From positions 528-64,527 of the forward strand of contig DASUXW010000194.1 in the NCBI GenBank assembly GCA_036377715.1: 64,000 nt of DNA, read 5' to 3'. Within the stretch, counting starts at the first letter, position 1. Each line of letters begins with the position of its first letter. A model generated the notes under the pieces. It was not told where the DNA came from. It worked only from the letters and a program-made list of their open reading frames with translations, and ran no database searches. Source of the stretch: Gemmatimonadales bacterium (GTDB lineage: Bacteria > Gemmatimonadota > Gemmatimonadetes > Gemmatimonadales > GWC2-71-9). Of this stretch, positions 1 to 9,554 are shown one piece after another. A program made the position numbers and the translations under genes.

Positions 1-2265
1 CGCGCGCGCCTCCGCGATCTCGCGCACATCGGTGTAGGTCCCCTTCGACACGAAGGGCGACGCGTACACCTGGAGCGACATCGTCGGGGTGAACGTGTAG
101 CCCAGCCGCCAGGTCAGGCTGTAGGTCTTCTGGTCGAGGTGGGCAAAGGCGAAGTGCGCCTCGCCGGACCCATCGGTAAACGTGCCGTAGTACTGGATGT
201 CGTTCCGGTTGTGGTTGTACTCCGCGCTGAGCGACGTGGTGAACCGGCTCGCGAGCTTGAGATCGATCTCGGGCGAGACGTCGATCGTCTCGGAGCGGCC
301 CTGGTCTCCCCGGGTGTAATTGGCCGACAACGAGGGCACCAGCGCCCGGCGGTCGTCGCCCTCGATCGTGATCCACGGCGAGAGATACGCATCCTGCCGC
401 ACCGCGGGCCCGCCGCGCGCGCAGCGGTCGCAGTACGTCGTCCCCACCTGGCCCAGGGTGCCACCCGTGTGCAGCCACCAGCGATTGTTGAACTGGACGT
501 GCACGTTGGTGTTGAACGCCCGCTCGGTCGGGAGCCCGGCCGCGGTCCAGTACTCCCAGTGGTTGAAGTTCCACCGGAGCTGCTGGTACACTCCGTTCGG
601 CTGGTAGAAGTTCAACGCTGCCCAGGTGGTCCACAACTGCTGGTCGGCCTGCCGCAGAAAGCCGATGTCGTTGATGTCGAAGCCGGGCGTTCGCCGCTGG
701 TAGGCGGTCTCGAACTTGAGCCGCCGGCCGCCCACCTTGGCGAAGCGCAGTTCGTGGTTGATGCCGCTGAGCGAGGTGCGGGTCGGGTCGAAGCGGAGCG
801 CATCGTCGGGACGCTGGTACAGATGCACCGGGCTCCGCTGGGTGCGCGCGATCGCGGCGGTATCGCCGGCGACGCGGCTCAGGTCCAGCGAGCCGGAGAC
901 TTCCCACCGACCCCGGAAGCGCCAGCGCGCGTCCACACCCCCGCTGTACGCGTTCCGGTGGAGGTAGGGCTCGCTCGAGTCATCCAGCGATCGATTCACG
1001 CCCGTCAGCATGAACCCGATGCTCCCCTCACCGCCGCGGAAGTCCTGGTTGCCGCGCACCACCGCGTAGTTGGCGCCCGGTTCGAGCGTGGCGCCACCCA
1101 CCCCCGACACGCCGTCGGTCACCGCGTCGAGCACGCCGAGCGAGAACCCGCCGGGAAGGCGCCCGGTCATCTTGGCCGCGCCGAGGATCCGGGTGGCCGC
1201 CGGCGCCTCCCCACCCACGATCCCGGCAAGCTGCGGCGCGCGGCCGATCCGCCGTGAGTAGAACAGTGCCTCGCCGGTATTGCAGTCCACCACCACCACG
1301 CAGTTGACCCGGAAGGTGAACAGCCCCTTCCCCTCTACGAAGAACGGCCGCCGCTCCTCGAAGAAGGTCTCGAACGCGCTGAGGTTGAGCTCTGACGGAT
1401 CGGCTTCGACCTGACCGAAATCGGGATTCACGGTGGCGTTGACGAGAAGGTTGGACGCGAGCCGATAGCGGACGTCGCCGCCGAGCTCGACGTCCTGGCT
1501 CCGACCGACCACACCCGCGCCGGCGTCCTGCACGTTCTTGGTGACGACATACGGCACCAGCTCGGCGCGTCCCGGGCTGCCCAGGCTGTCCAGACCCGTC
1601 AGCTCGCCGAACTGCGAGCTCAAGCCGGACCGGGACATGCGATAGAGCGGCCACGTGACGGTCTCGGTTCGACGCTGGATGACCCGCCAGATCAGCAGCC
1701 CGAAGGTTCCATTCCCCTTCGAGGAGTAGTTGAGCTGCGCGAGCGGAATTCGGTACTCGGCGGTCCAGCCGAGCGAATCAATCCGGGCGGCACCATCCCA
1801 TACCGCGTCCCAGGCGGGGTCCTCGTCGCCGTCGTTGGAGATCGCGTGGTCCGACTTCGCCCCGGCCGCGTTGACCGTGAACTCGTAGCCGGTGCGTCGA
1901 TCGTGGTAGGGATCCAGCATGACGGTGACATAATCCGCGGGCGGATCTTCGTCGCGGCGGGCGAGCAGGGCGACGATGCTGTCCGGGTGCGGATCGAAGG
2001 CCCGAATGAATACGTACAGGTTGTGCTCGTCGTAGGCCACCCTCGCCTCGGTGCGCAACTGGGGCGGGGCGCCCTCGCTCGGCCTGGCCTCGAGAAACCG
2101 GTCGATGGGGGGCGCGATGCCCCATACCGGGTCGTCCTCCCGGCCGTCGATCGCCGGCGCCTCCGCCGTGCGAGTGGCGCGGACCGAGCTCGCGGTGGGG
2201 AGCGCGGGCGCAGTCACCAGTGCCTGAGCCTGGAGTGCCGACAGGAGGGCGAGCAGCAGCGTCAC
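1..2265 (-). CDS. CBM9-like/DUF5916-family secreted protein, 3' end off window (C-terminus missing)
   Basis: The third minus-strand frame is open from GTG at 2265 (in-frame TGA at 2269-2271 just upstream) to position 1. It is not in the ORF track because no stop lies in the window. Own translation: VTLLLALLSALQAQA signal-like N-terminus, then APAIDGREDDPVWG...RVAYDEHNLYVFIRAFD, typical of carbohydrate-binding family 9-like/DUF5916 proteins. The + ORF 139..1257 is its antisense shadow. Confidence 0.8.
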   Translation of the reverse strand, partial: MTLLLALLSALQAQALVTAPALPTASSVRATRTAEAPAIDGREDDPVWGIAPPIDRFLEARPSEGAPPQLRTEARVAYDEHNLYVFIRAFDPHPDSIVALLARRDEDPPADYVTVMLDPYHDRRTGYEFTVNAAGAKSDHAISNDGDEDPAWDAVWDGAARIDSLGWTAEYRIPLAQLNYSSKGNGTFGLLIWRVIQRRTETVTWPLYRMSRSGLSSQFGELTGLDSLGSPGRAELVPYVVTKNVQDAGAGVVGRSQDVELGGDVRYRLASNLLVNATVNPDFGQVEADPSELNLSAFETFFEERRPFFVEGKGLFTFRVNCVVVVDCNTGEALFYSRRIGRAPQLAGIVGGEAPAATRILGAAKMTGRLPGGFSLGVLDAVTDGVSGVGGATLEPGANYAVVRGNQDFRGGEGSIGFMLTGVNRSLDDSSEPYLHRNAYSGGVDARWRFRGRWEVSGSLDLSRVAGDTAAIARTQRSPVHLYQRPDDALRFDPTRTSLSGINHELRFAKVGGRRLKFETAYQRRTPGFDINDIGFLRQADQQLWTTWAALNFYQPNGVYQQLRWNFNHWEYWTAAGLPTERAFNTNVHVQFNNRWWLHTGGTLGQVGTTYCDRCARGGPAVRQDAYLSPWITIEGDDRRALVPSLSANYTRGDQGRSETIDVSPEIDLKLASRFTTSLSAEYNHNRNDIQYYGTFTDGSGEAHFAFAHLDQKTYSLTWRLGYTFTPTMSLQVYASPFVSKGTYTDVREIAEARA

Positions 2266-2322
2266 GGGTCACCCGCGGAAGAGTTGCCGCTTGGACAGTC
2301 GTGGCGTGCGAATGGTTGCTCG

Positions 2323-2775
2323 TCAGTCTCCGGTCCCCGGCCGGTCCACCCAGACCACGTTGACGATGACCCAGCGGCCGTTCCACTTCACCTCCTGGAG
2401 GTAGTCCACCCAGGAGATCGCGTCCACCCGGACCATCGCGGCGTTGCCGTACTGGTTCAGGATGGTGACGGCGTCCCGCCGTTCGGCCGGTGGAGTCGTG
2501 CCGGCCCCGGAGCGCGTCGCCTGCACCAGCTCCATGGCCGTCATGTCCGCCAGCCGGCTCCGGCCCCGATCGTCCTGGTACACCTGCCGTTTGGCGAGGT
2601 GGGGGTGCAGCGCCCGCTCCATCCGGGCGGCGTCGCCGTCGTACCAGCCGTCGATGTAGTCGAGCGCCGTGGCGCGGATGGCGGCGGAGTCCGCCGCGCT
2701 CTGAGCGCGCGCCGGGGCAGCGAAGGCGGCGAGCAGCGCGAGAACGCTGGGCACGAGCGAATGAGTCCGAATCAT
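2323..2775 (-). CDS. NTF2-like (putative lumazine-binding/SnoaL-like) secreted protein
   Basis: 150-aa ORF with signal peptide (LALLAAFAAPARAQS). The DYIDGWYDGDAARMERALHP...WNGRWVIVNVVW pattern fits the NTF2-fold family. Confidence 0.8.
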   Translation of the reverse strand: MIRTHSLVPSVLALLAAFAAPARAQSAADSAAIRATALDYIDGWYDGDAARMERALHPHLAKRQVYQDDRGRSRLADMTAMELVQATRSGAGTTPPAERRDAVTILNQYGNAAMVRVDAISWVDYLQEVKWNGRWVIVNVVWVDRPGTGD

Positions 2776-2931
2776 GGCATCCTCCCCTGGTTGGCGCCCA
2801 CGCTAGGGACCCTGTCTGGACCGGGCAACGCCGGTGGGGCGAGCGGCGTACGCGGTGTGACGAGTGGGGCCGTTTCGGTGACCAGCGGCACCCCCGTTGC
2901 CACCCGCCGAAGGGCGGCGCATCATGTCCCC

Positions 2932-4002
2932 ATGAGCCGCCTGACACCCGTCGCCGTGTTCCTGCTGGTCGCCGTGTTCTTCGCGATGCAGAACGCGATG
3001 GTGCACGTTTCCCGCGGCGCGCCGATCGACTGGCAGTGGGACGTGGTGCACGAGTTCGTCTACTGGCTGGTGTGGGCGGCGTTCACGCCGGCCGTGCTCG
3101 GCGCCGCCCGCCGCTGGCCGCCGTCGCGCGAGTCGGGCTGGCGGTCGCTGCTGCCGCACCTTGGCCTGATGCTCGTCGTGGCGCCGCTCCAGATCACGAC
3201 CTCGTACATCGTGCACCTCGCGATTTTCATCGCCCGCGGCCTGATCCCGGCCGACCAGGCGGCGGCGTGGCTCGCCGAACGGCGCCCGGGCATCGTGTGG
3301 GGAACGTTCGCGGGCTGTCTGTACTACTGGATGATCGCCGCGGTGTACTGGGCCTTCGCGTTCCAGCGGCAGGCGGCGCAGCTCGCGGCGTCGCTCGGCG
3401 CGGCGAGGCTCGACGCGCTCCGGGCGCAGCTCCAGCCGCACTTTCTCTTCAATACGCTGAACGCCATCTCCGTGCTCACGGTGGACGACCCGCCGCGCGC
3501 CAAGCGGATGGTGCTACGCCTGAGCGATCTCCTGCGCCGGAGCCTCGACGGCGGCGCCGCGCACGAGGTGCCGCTCGCCGCCGAGCTGGAGATGCTCGAT
3601 GCCTATCTCGGCATCCAGCGGGAGCGGTTCGGCGATCGGCTCCGGGTGCGGCTGGAGATCGAGCCGGAGGTCCGTTCGGCACTGGTGCCCGCCTTGCTGC
3701 TCCAGCCGCTGGTCGAAAATGCGATCCGGCACGGGCTCGAGGACGGCGCGGCCGGTCGGGGGGCGATCGTGGTCGCGGCGCGTCGTCGGGGAGACGTGCT
3801 CGAGGTCCTGGTGCGGGACGACGGACGGGGACTCCCGGCTGCCGCAACCGCACGGGACGGAATCGGCCTCGCCAACACCCGCGAGCGGCTGCTCAGATTG
3901 TATCGGGACCGCCAGCAACTCGAGTTGCGTGCGCCGCCCGGGGGCGGCACGGCGGTCGAGGTCACCCTGCCCTTTCACACCGAGCCGGCATGCGCGTCCT
4001 GA
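2932..4002 (+). CDS. LytS/YehU-type sensor histidine kinase
   Basis: In-frame ATG at 2932 inside track ORF 1846..4002. Several N-terminal TM helices, then the HFLFNTLNAIS His-kinase motif (PF06580 type) and an HATPase region (LLLQPLVENAIRHG ... GIGLANTRERL). Confidence 0.9.
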   Translation: MSRLTPVAVFLLVAVFFAMQNAMVHVSRGAPIDWQWDVVHEFVYWLVWAAFTPAVLGAARRWPPSRESGWRSLLPHLGLMLVVAPLQITTSYIVHLAIFIARGLIPADQAAAWLAERRPGIVWGTFAGCLYYWMIAAVYWAFAFQRQAAQLAASLGAARLDALRAQLQPHFLFNTLNAISVLTVDDPPRAKRMVLRLSDLLRRSLDGGAAHEVPLAAELEMLDAYLGIQRERFGDRLRVRLEIEPEVRSALVPALLLQPLVENAIRHGLEDGAAGRGAIVVAARRRGDVLEVLVRDDGRGLPAAATARDGIGLANTRERLLRLYRDRQQLELRAPPGGGTAVEVTLPFHTEPACAS

Positions 4003-4763
4003 TCGTGGACGACGAGCCGCTGGCCCGGCGGGGCCTCCGCCAGGAGCTCGCCCGCTTCCCCGCCGCGGAAATCGTGGGCGAGTGCGCCAACGGGCTGGAG
4101 GCCGTCCAGGCCGTGGTCGAGCGCGCCCCCGACCTCGTGCTGCTCGACGTGCAGATGCCCGGGCTCAATGGGTTCGACGTGATCGAGCGGGTGGGCGCCG
4201 ACGCCATGCCGGCCGTGATCTTCGTGACCGCCTACGATCGGCATGCCCTGCGGGCGTTCGAGGTCCACGCCCTCGACTACGTGCTCAAGCCCATCGACCC
4301 CGACCGGTTCCGCGACGCCATGGAGCGCGCCTCAGCGAGCCTGGCCCGGCGGGACCTGCCGGGCAGCACCGGCGATCGGCTCGAAGCCGCCGCGCGCATG
4401 GGCGCCACCCAGTCCCGGAGCGGCACGGCCGCTCCGCCGCTCTCACGGGTGGTGGTCCAGGAGGGCGGGAAGCTCTGCTTCCTCGAGACGACGGCGATCG
4501 ACTGGATCGAGGCGGCCGGCAACTACGTGCGGCTGCACGCCGGCACCCGCGAGCACCTGATCCGCGGTCCGCTCGCGCGGTTTGCCGCGCGGCTCGGCAC
4601 GGAGCGGTTCGTGCGCATCCGCCGGTCCGCGCTGGTGAACGTCCGCGCGATTACCAGCCTCGAGCGCTACGGCAAGGCGAGCTGGACCGTCAGCCTGCGG
4701 AGCGGATCCAGGCTGGTGTCGAGCCGGTATTATGTGCGCCAGATCCGGGCACTGCTGGAGTAG
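3990..4763 (+). CDS. LytR/AlgR-family response regulator (receiver + LytTR DNA-binding domain)
   Basis: ATG at 3990 inside track ORF 2490..4763, overlapping the kinase stop by 13 nt. MRVLIVDDEPLAR...LLDVQMPGLNGF receiver, with C-terminal LytTR pattern (FVRIRRSALVNVRAI). Confidence 0.92.
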   Translation: MRVLIVDDEPLARRGLRQELARFPAAEIVGECANGLEAVQAVVERAPDLVLLDVQMPGLNGFDVIERVGADAMPAVIFVTAYDRHALRAFEVHALDYVLKPIDPDRFRDAMERASASLARRDLPGSTGDRLEAAARMGATQSRSGTAAPPLSRVVVQEGGKLCFLETTAIDWIEAAGNYVRLHAGTREHLIRGPLARFAARLGTERFVRIRRSALVNVRAITSLERYGKASWTVSLRSGSRLVSSRYYVRQIRALLE

Positions 4764-4814
4764 GCGCCCGACACACGGTTGTCGCAGCGCGCCCGCCGGG
4801 GCTAGCTTGCGCTC

Positions 4815-5147
4815 ATGCGGCGTTTTCGGCTCCCGGCGGCGGTGACGCTCGCCGCCGTTCTGCTCTGCTCTCCCTGGCTCGCCTGTCTTCCGCTCTGCAT
4901 GGTCGCGGGGCACTATGGCATGGCGGGCGCCGGCATCGGCCAGGTCATGCACGCACCGCCGTGCCATACCAGCCGCGCGGTGCAGCGCGAGGTCCCGGTG
5001 CCGAACCCGCCCGTCGTCATGATCCCGCCGGCCCGGGCCCCGGACCTGCCCCCGCTCGTTCTGGCCGTGCTCCCTCAGCCGGCGGCTCACCCGCTCCACC
5101 TCCAGCAAATTCCCGCAGCCGATCCTCCTCCTCCACGTTCGATCTGA
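4815..5147 (+). CDS. hypothetical small secreted Cys/His/Met-containing protein
   Basis: 110-aa ORF with a signal-like N-terminus (LAAVLLCSPWLACLPLC), followed by HYGMAGAGIGQVMHAPPCH. No family recognised, and coding status is uncertain in this GC-rich context. Confidence 0.3.
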   Translation: MRRFRLPAAVTLAAVLLCSPWLACLPLCMVAGHYGMAGAGIGQVMHAPPCHTSRAVQREVPVPNPPVVMIPPARAPDLPPLVLAVLPQPAAHPLHLQQIPAADPPPPRSI

Positions 5148-5239
5148 ACCAAAGCCGCAACGACAACTTGTTCGCGTGACGAACCGTGGACGCTGCCGCG
5201 CCCGCCGTTCGTCCCGCTGTCCGCGATGGAGGAGGAGCG

Positions 5240-6370
5240 ATGAAACGACTTCCGCTACTGCTTTGCGTCGTGCTGGGCGCGGCCCCCGCCGCCGCCCAGC
5301 AGCCCGCCGATACCTCGGAGACGCCGATCGATCTGGGCCAGCCGCTCGGCGACCTCCCTGAGGTGGACCGCACGCCGGTGCAGATCACCGGATTCGGCGT
5401 CGGCAGCTACAGCTACGCCGGCCGCACGGGTGACAACTCGTTCGCCGCGAGCAAGGTGGCGCTGGCGGCGTTCCGCGAGCTGACCGATCACGCCTACGTC
5501 TTCGGCCAGCTCACCACCGCGCTCGAGGAAGCCGGGGACGGCGGCGGCGAGCTCGGCACCGAGATCGAGATCGACAATCTGCTGGTCTCGTTCGTGCCGC
5601 CCGGCGCGTCCAACGTCGCCCTCAACTTCGGCAAGCTCGACCTCCCGATCGGGTTCGAGCGCGACGACGAGCCGCTCAACTTCCTGGTGTCGCCCAGCTT
5701 CAACTTCGAGCTCGCCCGGCCGGTGAAGATGGTGGGCCTGCAGGGCACCTGGACGCCGAGCCCGCGCGCCGGCGTGTCGGGGTTCGTGTTCAACGGCTGG
5801 GACGGCGACCTCGAGCCCAACCACGGCAAGACGGCGGGCGCGCGGCTCGAGCTGCTGCCGGCGAGCGGCGTGACCCTCGGCCTGAGCGGTCTCTACGGCA
5901 GCGAGGGCGAGCAGGACGCGACCGACAACCGCTACCTGCTCACCTTCGACTACGCCGTCCAGCCGGCCTGGGACTGGATCGTGGCCGGCGAGGCCAACCT
6001 CGGCGGCGATCGCGACGTGCTGCCCGAGGGCGGCGACGCCACCTGGCGCGGCGCGATGGTGACCGCGGTCCACCGCCTGACCCGCCACTGGGCCCTGGCC
6101 GCGCGCGCCGAAGTGTTCCGCGACGCCGACGGCGCCCGCACCGGCGAGAGCCAGACGCTCGAGTCATATACCATCGCGCCGCTCTACTCGATCGGCGTGG
6201 GACGCGAGGGCATCTTCGCCAACGTGCAGCACACCACGTTCCGGATTCCGCGGCTCCAGCTCCGGGGCGAGATCCGGTTCAATCACTCGGACGTCCCGAT
6301 CTTCGAGACCGACGACGGGCTCGACACCTGGAACGTCGAGTACCGGCTCCAGTTCGTCACCACCTTCTGA
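5240..6370 (+). CDS. outer-membrane beta-barrel (porin-like) protein
   Basis: Internal ATG (MKRLPLLLCVVLGAAPAAAQQ signal) of track ORF 5186..6370. Alternating beta-strand pattern, ending in aromatic ...RLQFVTTF, which is typical of OM barrels. Confidence 0.75.
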   Translation: MKRLPLLLCVVLGAAPAAAQQPADTSETPIDLGQPLGDLPEVDRTPVQITGFGVGSYSYAGRTGDNSFAASKVALAAFRELTDHAYVFGQLTTALEEAGDGGGELGTEIEIDNLLVSFVPPGASNVALNFGKLDLPIGFERDDEPLNFLVSPSFNFELARPVKMVGLQGTWTPSPRAGVSGFVFNGWDGDLEPNHGKTAGARLELLPASGVTLGLSGLYGSEGEQDATDNRYLLTFDYAVQPAWDWIVAGEANLGGDRDVLPEGGDATWRGAMVTAVHRLTRHWALAARAEVFRDADGARTGESQTLESYTIAPLYSIGVGREGIFANVQHTTFRIPRLQLRGEIRFNHSDVPIFETDDGLDTWNVEYRLQFVTTF

Positions 6371-6380
6371 GGCGGCGCCC

Positions 6381-6926
6381 ATGGGACTCTATCGCCTGCG
6401 GAATGCCCCGCGCTCGGTCAAGCTGGCGGCCCTCCTGTTCCTGCTCGTGCTGGGCTACTCGTACGTGTTCGCCTTTCTCATGGTGAAGACCTGGGCGGGC
6501 CTCTCCCCCGCGGCCGTCAATGCGACCTACGCGCCGACCGCGCCGATGGACACGATGGCCATGGGAGAGCAGTCCACCAGCACGATGCAGCCGGTCGACC
6601 TGTCCCGCGTCCCCGAGATGAAGCACACGGTGGACACGGCGCTCCTCATCCAGGACAGTCACATCCACATCATGATCTATGCGATCGTGGCGGCGCTCCT
6701 GTCACTCATCATGCTCGGCCTCGACTGGCCGGGATGGTTCCGCGACCTCATGATCGTCGCCGCGTTCGGGGTCGGCGCGCTGGACTTCGCCGGCCAGTGG
6801 CTCATGAAGGCCGGACTTTCCGGCTTCGCCTGGCTGACGATCGTCTCCGGCTGGGGGATGGCGCTGGTCTATCTCATCGTCCTCGTCGAGACCGTCCGGG
6901 CCATTGCCGCCCGGCGCACGGCCTGA
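6381..6926 (+). CDS. hypothetical integral membrane protein (4 TM, conserved His cluster DSHIHIMIY)
   Basis: 181-aa ORF starting 11 nt after the porin stop. Clear hydrophobic helices. No family recognised. Confidence 0.65.
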   Translation: MGLYRLRNAPRSVKLAALLFLLVLGYSYVFAFLMVKTWAGLSPAAVNATYAPTAPMDTMAMGEQSTSTMQPVDLSRVPEMKHTVDTALLIQDSHIHIMIYAIVAALLSLIMLGLDWPGWFRDLMIVAAFGVGALDFAGQWLMKAGLSGFAWLTIVSGWGMALVYLIVLVETVRAIAARRTA

Positions 6927-6937
6927 AGGAGAACGCA

Positions 6938-7504
6938 ATGCGAGCTCGCATGCTCTGGCTGTTCGCGCTGCCGCTGCTGCCGGCGGCGCACCACCCGACC
7001 CCGACCGTCGTGCTGGTCCAGAAGACCGACCTCATCCGCCGAACGCTGCCTGAGGCGACGCAGTTCTTTCTCAAGACCGTCTCGATCGGCAAGGAGGACC
7101 TGGCGCGCATCCGCCGCGAGATCGATTTCACTCCGGACGACCCCGACGTGAAGTTCTACGTGGGCCGCAAGGCCGACGGATCGCCGGCGGGCGTGGTGTT
7201 CTTTCCGCAGGTGAACACCATGCACGGGCCGATCGAGGTGGGGCTCACCATGGCGCCGGGGGGAAAGATCGCCAACGCGGCGGTGACTACCGCGACGGTG
7301 GAGACCAAGCCCTGGGTGGAGGAGGCAATCGCCGCCGGCCTGCTCGACCGGTTCAAAGGCATGAGCTACGGGGACAGCGTGGAGTCGGCGCTCCGAGCCC
7401 CCCGACTCGAGCGGACCGGCGAGATGCCGCGCTATGAGGCGGAGGTGATCGCCACCGCGGTGCACCACGGGCTGGTGCTATACCACGACCTGTACCGGGA
7501 GTGA
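6938..7504 (+). CDS. FMN_bind-like domain protein, membrane-anchored/periplasmic
   Basis: ATG at 6938 preceded by AAGGAGAA, inside track ORF 6734..7504. HGPIEVGLTMAPGGKIANAAVTTATVETKPW resembles the FMN-binding domain of NosR/RnfG-type proteins. Confidence 0.6.
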   Translation: MRARMLWLFALPLLPAAHHPTPTVVLVQKTDLIRRTLPEATQFFLKTVSIGKEDLARIRREIDFTPDDPDVKFYVGRKADGSPAGVVFFPQVNTMHGPIEVGLTMAPGGKIANAAVTTATVETKPWVEEAIAAGLLDRFKGMSYGDSVESALRAPRLERTGEMPRYEAEVIATAVHHGLVLYHDLYRE

Positions 7505-7585
7505 GCCTTTCACGCTGAATTCACGCTCCGGGGTGAAGTTGGGTCTCACCGATTCACCGCGCCCTCCATCAACCCGGAGCGACCA

Positions 7586-8071
7586 ATGGCATTCTCACCC
7601 CGCGCAAGGTCCAGCCTCCTCGCCGCCGCGCTTGGGCTCGCCGCGGTCTCGACCGCCCGTGCCCAGGGCATCGAGGCGCCGCGCGTGCCGCTTCGGACCG
7701 CGCTCGCCGAGATCAACACCCTCCGGGCGGAATACGCCGCGGCCTACAACAAACACGATGCCGCGGCGGTCACCGGCATGTACCTGCCCGACGCCGTGCT
7801 GATCCGGCCCGACGGCAGCACCCTCCTGGGGCGGCCGGCCATCGGCAAGGCGATGACCGAGGAATCGGCCAAGTGGGCGCCGAGCACGCTGTCGTCCGAC
7901 ACCGTCCGCGTCTTCGGCAACACCGCGTGGGACGTAGGCACGATGAGCGCGACCGGCGCCGACGGCGCCAGCACGGTGCATTATCTCGTCGTGCTACGGC
8001 GGGAGCTGGAAGGATGGAAGATCAGCAGCCTGGCGGTGGTACCCGAGACGCCGGTCACGGCTGCACGGTAG
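7586..8071 (+). CDS. SnoaL-like/DUF4440 NTF2-fold secreted protein
   Basis: 161-aa ORF with a signal peptide ending AQG. YAAAYNKHDAAAVTGMYLPDAVLIRPDG ... WKISSLAVV is typical of DUF4440. Confidence 0.8.
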   Translation: MAFSPRARSSLLAAALGLAAVSTARAQGIEAPRVPLRTALAEINTLRAEYAAAYNKHDAAAVTGMYLPDAVLIRPDGSTLLGRPAIGKAMTEESAKWAPSTLSSDTVRVFGNTAWDVGTMSATGADGASTVHYLVVLRRELEGWKISSLAVVPETPVTAAR

Positions 8072-8122
8072 GAAGACGCGACGGCCCGGCACGATCCACA
8101 TCGTGCCGGGCGTCTCGTGCGG

Positions 8123-9331
8123 CTAGCGCTTGCTCGAAACGTCTTCGTTCTGCCCGCGGTCGGACCGGGGCACGTCCGCGTGCACCTGGGTGTCGATCCG
8201 CCGCGCCTGTGCCAGATGCTGCCGGAGATCGGGTACCTGATCCCGGATCAGCTTCCGCGCCGCGGCCGAGTTCAGGTCGCTGCCTTCCTTCTGGAAGTAC
8301 GGCATCAGCGCCTGGAAGTGCTCGGTCACCAGCGTCATGTACACTCGGTCGAACTCGGCGTTGCTCGCCTTCTGCAGCTTGTTCACCTTCTCCTGGTGCA
8401 GCTTGCCCAGGCCGGGGTTGACGTCGAGCCCGTTGCGCGAAGCCATCTGGGTCCAGCGGTTCTGAAAGTCGGTGTAGGCGTCCACCATCCGCTTGGCGAA
8501 CTGCTTGACCGCCGGGTCCTTTGCCCGCCGCTCGGCGATCTGCCCGAGACGGACCTCCATGAGGTTCGCTGCCGCCACGTTGGTGACGAAGTCGCGGTCG
8601 GCGCTCAGGTTGCCGTTCCGGTTGTTGTTCCCGGCTTTGTTGTTGGCGGTGTTGCCCGCATTGGCGGTAGCGACGTTCCCGCCCCTCAGCGTGCTGTCGA
8701 TCTGCCGGGCCATGTCGAGATGCCCGCGGATGATGGTGAGCCCGCTCGAGGCCAGCTGCCGAACCTCAGGCGAGTCGGCGGTGGTGGACTGCCGCTCGAA
8801 CGTCGACACGTCCTTCTGGTGGTCCTGCACCATGGTGTTCATGTAGGCCCGGTCGAACGCGGCGCCGGAGAGCTGGCGCAGGCGCGTCACCTGGCCCTGC
8901 TGGGCCGCGTCCAGCTGCGGCTGGATCGTGAGACCGTAGCGCGAGGCGAGCGAGCTCCACTGGTTCTGCATGCTGGAGTGATCGGTCACCATCCGGAGCC
9001 CGAACTGCTTGACCGACGAATCGGTGCCCTGTTGCCGGGCCAGGTCGCCCAGATTGATCTCCAGCAGATTGCCGGCGAGCGCCTCGCGAATGAAAGCGCT
9101 GTCGTTCCGGGCCTCGGATGCCGACCCGACCTGGGCCGGCGAGCCGGTCTGCGCCGGCGATCCGGTCTGGGCCGGCGCCCCCTTCTTGGGCAGGGTCTGG
9201 ACCCCCGGATTGGTGCCCCAGGTGCGGCGCGAAGCCGAATCCTGGGTCTGGGCGTGGAGCGCGCTCAGCGGCGCGGCCCCGAGCAGCATCGCCAGTCCGC
9301 CAGCGGCGGCGACGAAAGTTCGTGTCAACAT
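8123..9331 (-). CDS. tandem DUF4142 domain secreted protein
   Basis: 402-aa ORF. Two copies of the pattern ...LLEINLGDLA/ LMEVRLGQIA ... K(Q)F(G/A)..MV.DH/AY ... FDR.YM..MV..H are separated by an Asn/Gly-rich linker. Confidence 0.85.
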   Translation of the reverse strand: MLTRTFVAAAGGLAMLLGAAPLSALHAQTQDSASRRTWGTNPGVQTLPKKGAPAQTGSPAQTGSPAQVGSASEARNDSAFIREALAGNLLEINLGDLARQQGTDSSVKQFGLRMVTDHSSMQNQWSSLASRYGLTIQPQLDAAQQGQVTRLRQLSGAAFDRAYMNTMVQDHQKDVSTFERQSTTADSPEVRQLASSGLTIIRGHLDMARQIDSTLRGGNVATANAGNTANNKAGNNNRNGNLSADRDFVTNVAAANLMEVRLGQIAERRAKDPAVKQFAKRMVDAYTDFQNRWTQMASRNGLDVNPGLGKLHQEKVNKLQKASNAEFDRVYMTLVTEHFQALMPYFQKEGSDLNSAAARKLIRDQVPDLRQHLAQARRIDTQVHADVPRSDRGQNEDVSSKR

Positions 9332-9554
9332 TATGTCTACCCCTCCGTTGCGTGCGCAGTCCCAGCTTAGCGCGGTCCGGGCCCGGGGGATGTGATCCCG
9401 CTCCCCGCCGGCTCAAGCAGTAGGGATGTGCCGGCCGGGGGGTCCGTCGCGCCGAAGCCCCCTCCCGGGTCCTTTCATCCCCGGTTCACGGGATCCTCAC
9501 GCCACTCCAGGTATAGTGCGCGAAGGCGGCCCCGGTGACCGCGACACGGATGGG

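Noticed and set aside
139-1257. Long ORFs with Arg/Ala/Gly/Pro-rich, low-information translations. Examples: 139..1257 +, 1778..2947 -, 9486..12071 -, 41831..44296 -, 44343..46964 -, 50642..52831 -, 58349..60394 +, 58371..60230 -, 61697..63628 +, 21767..23245 +, 25267..27042 +.
   Set aside because: Each lies antisense to, or out of frame with, a gene that has clear family motifs. High GC suppresses stop codons in non-coding frames, and the compositions are typical shadow ORFs.
1846-4763. Track ORFs 1846..4002 (718 aa) and 2490..4763 (757 aa) as giant proteins.
   Set aside because: Only their C-terminal parts (from ATG 2932 and ATG 3990) show kinase or response-regulator motifs. The upstream parts are open-frame read-through across the oppositely oriented NTF2 gene.
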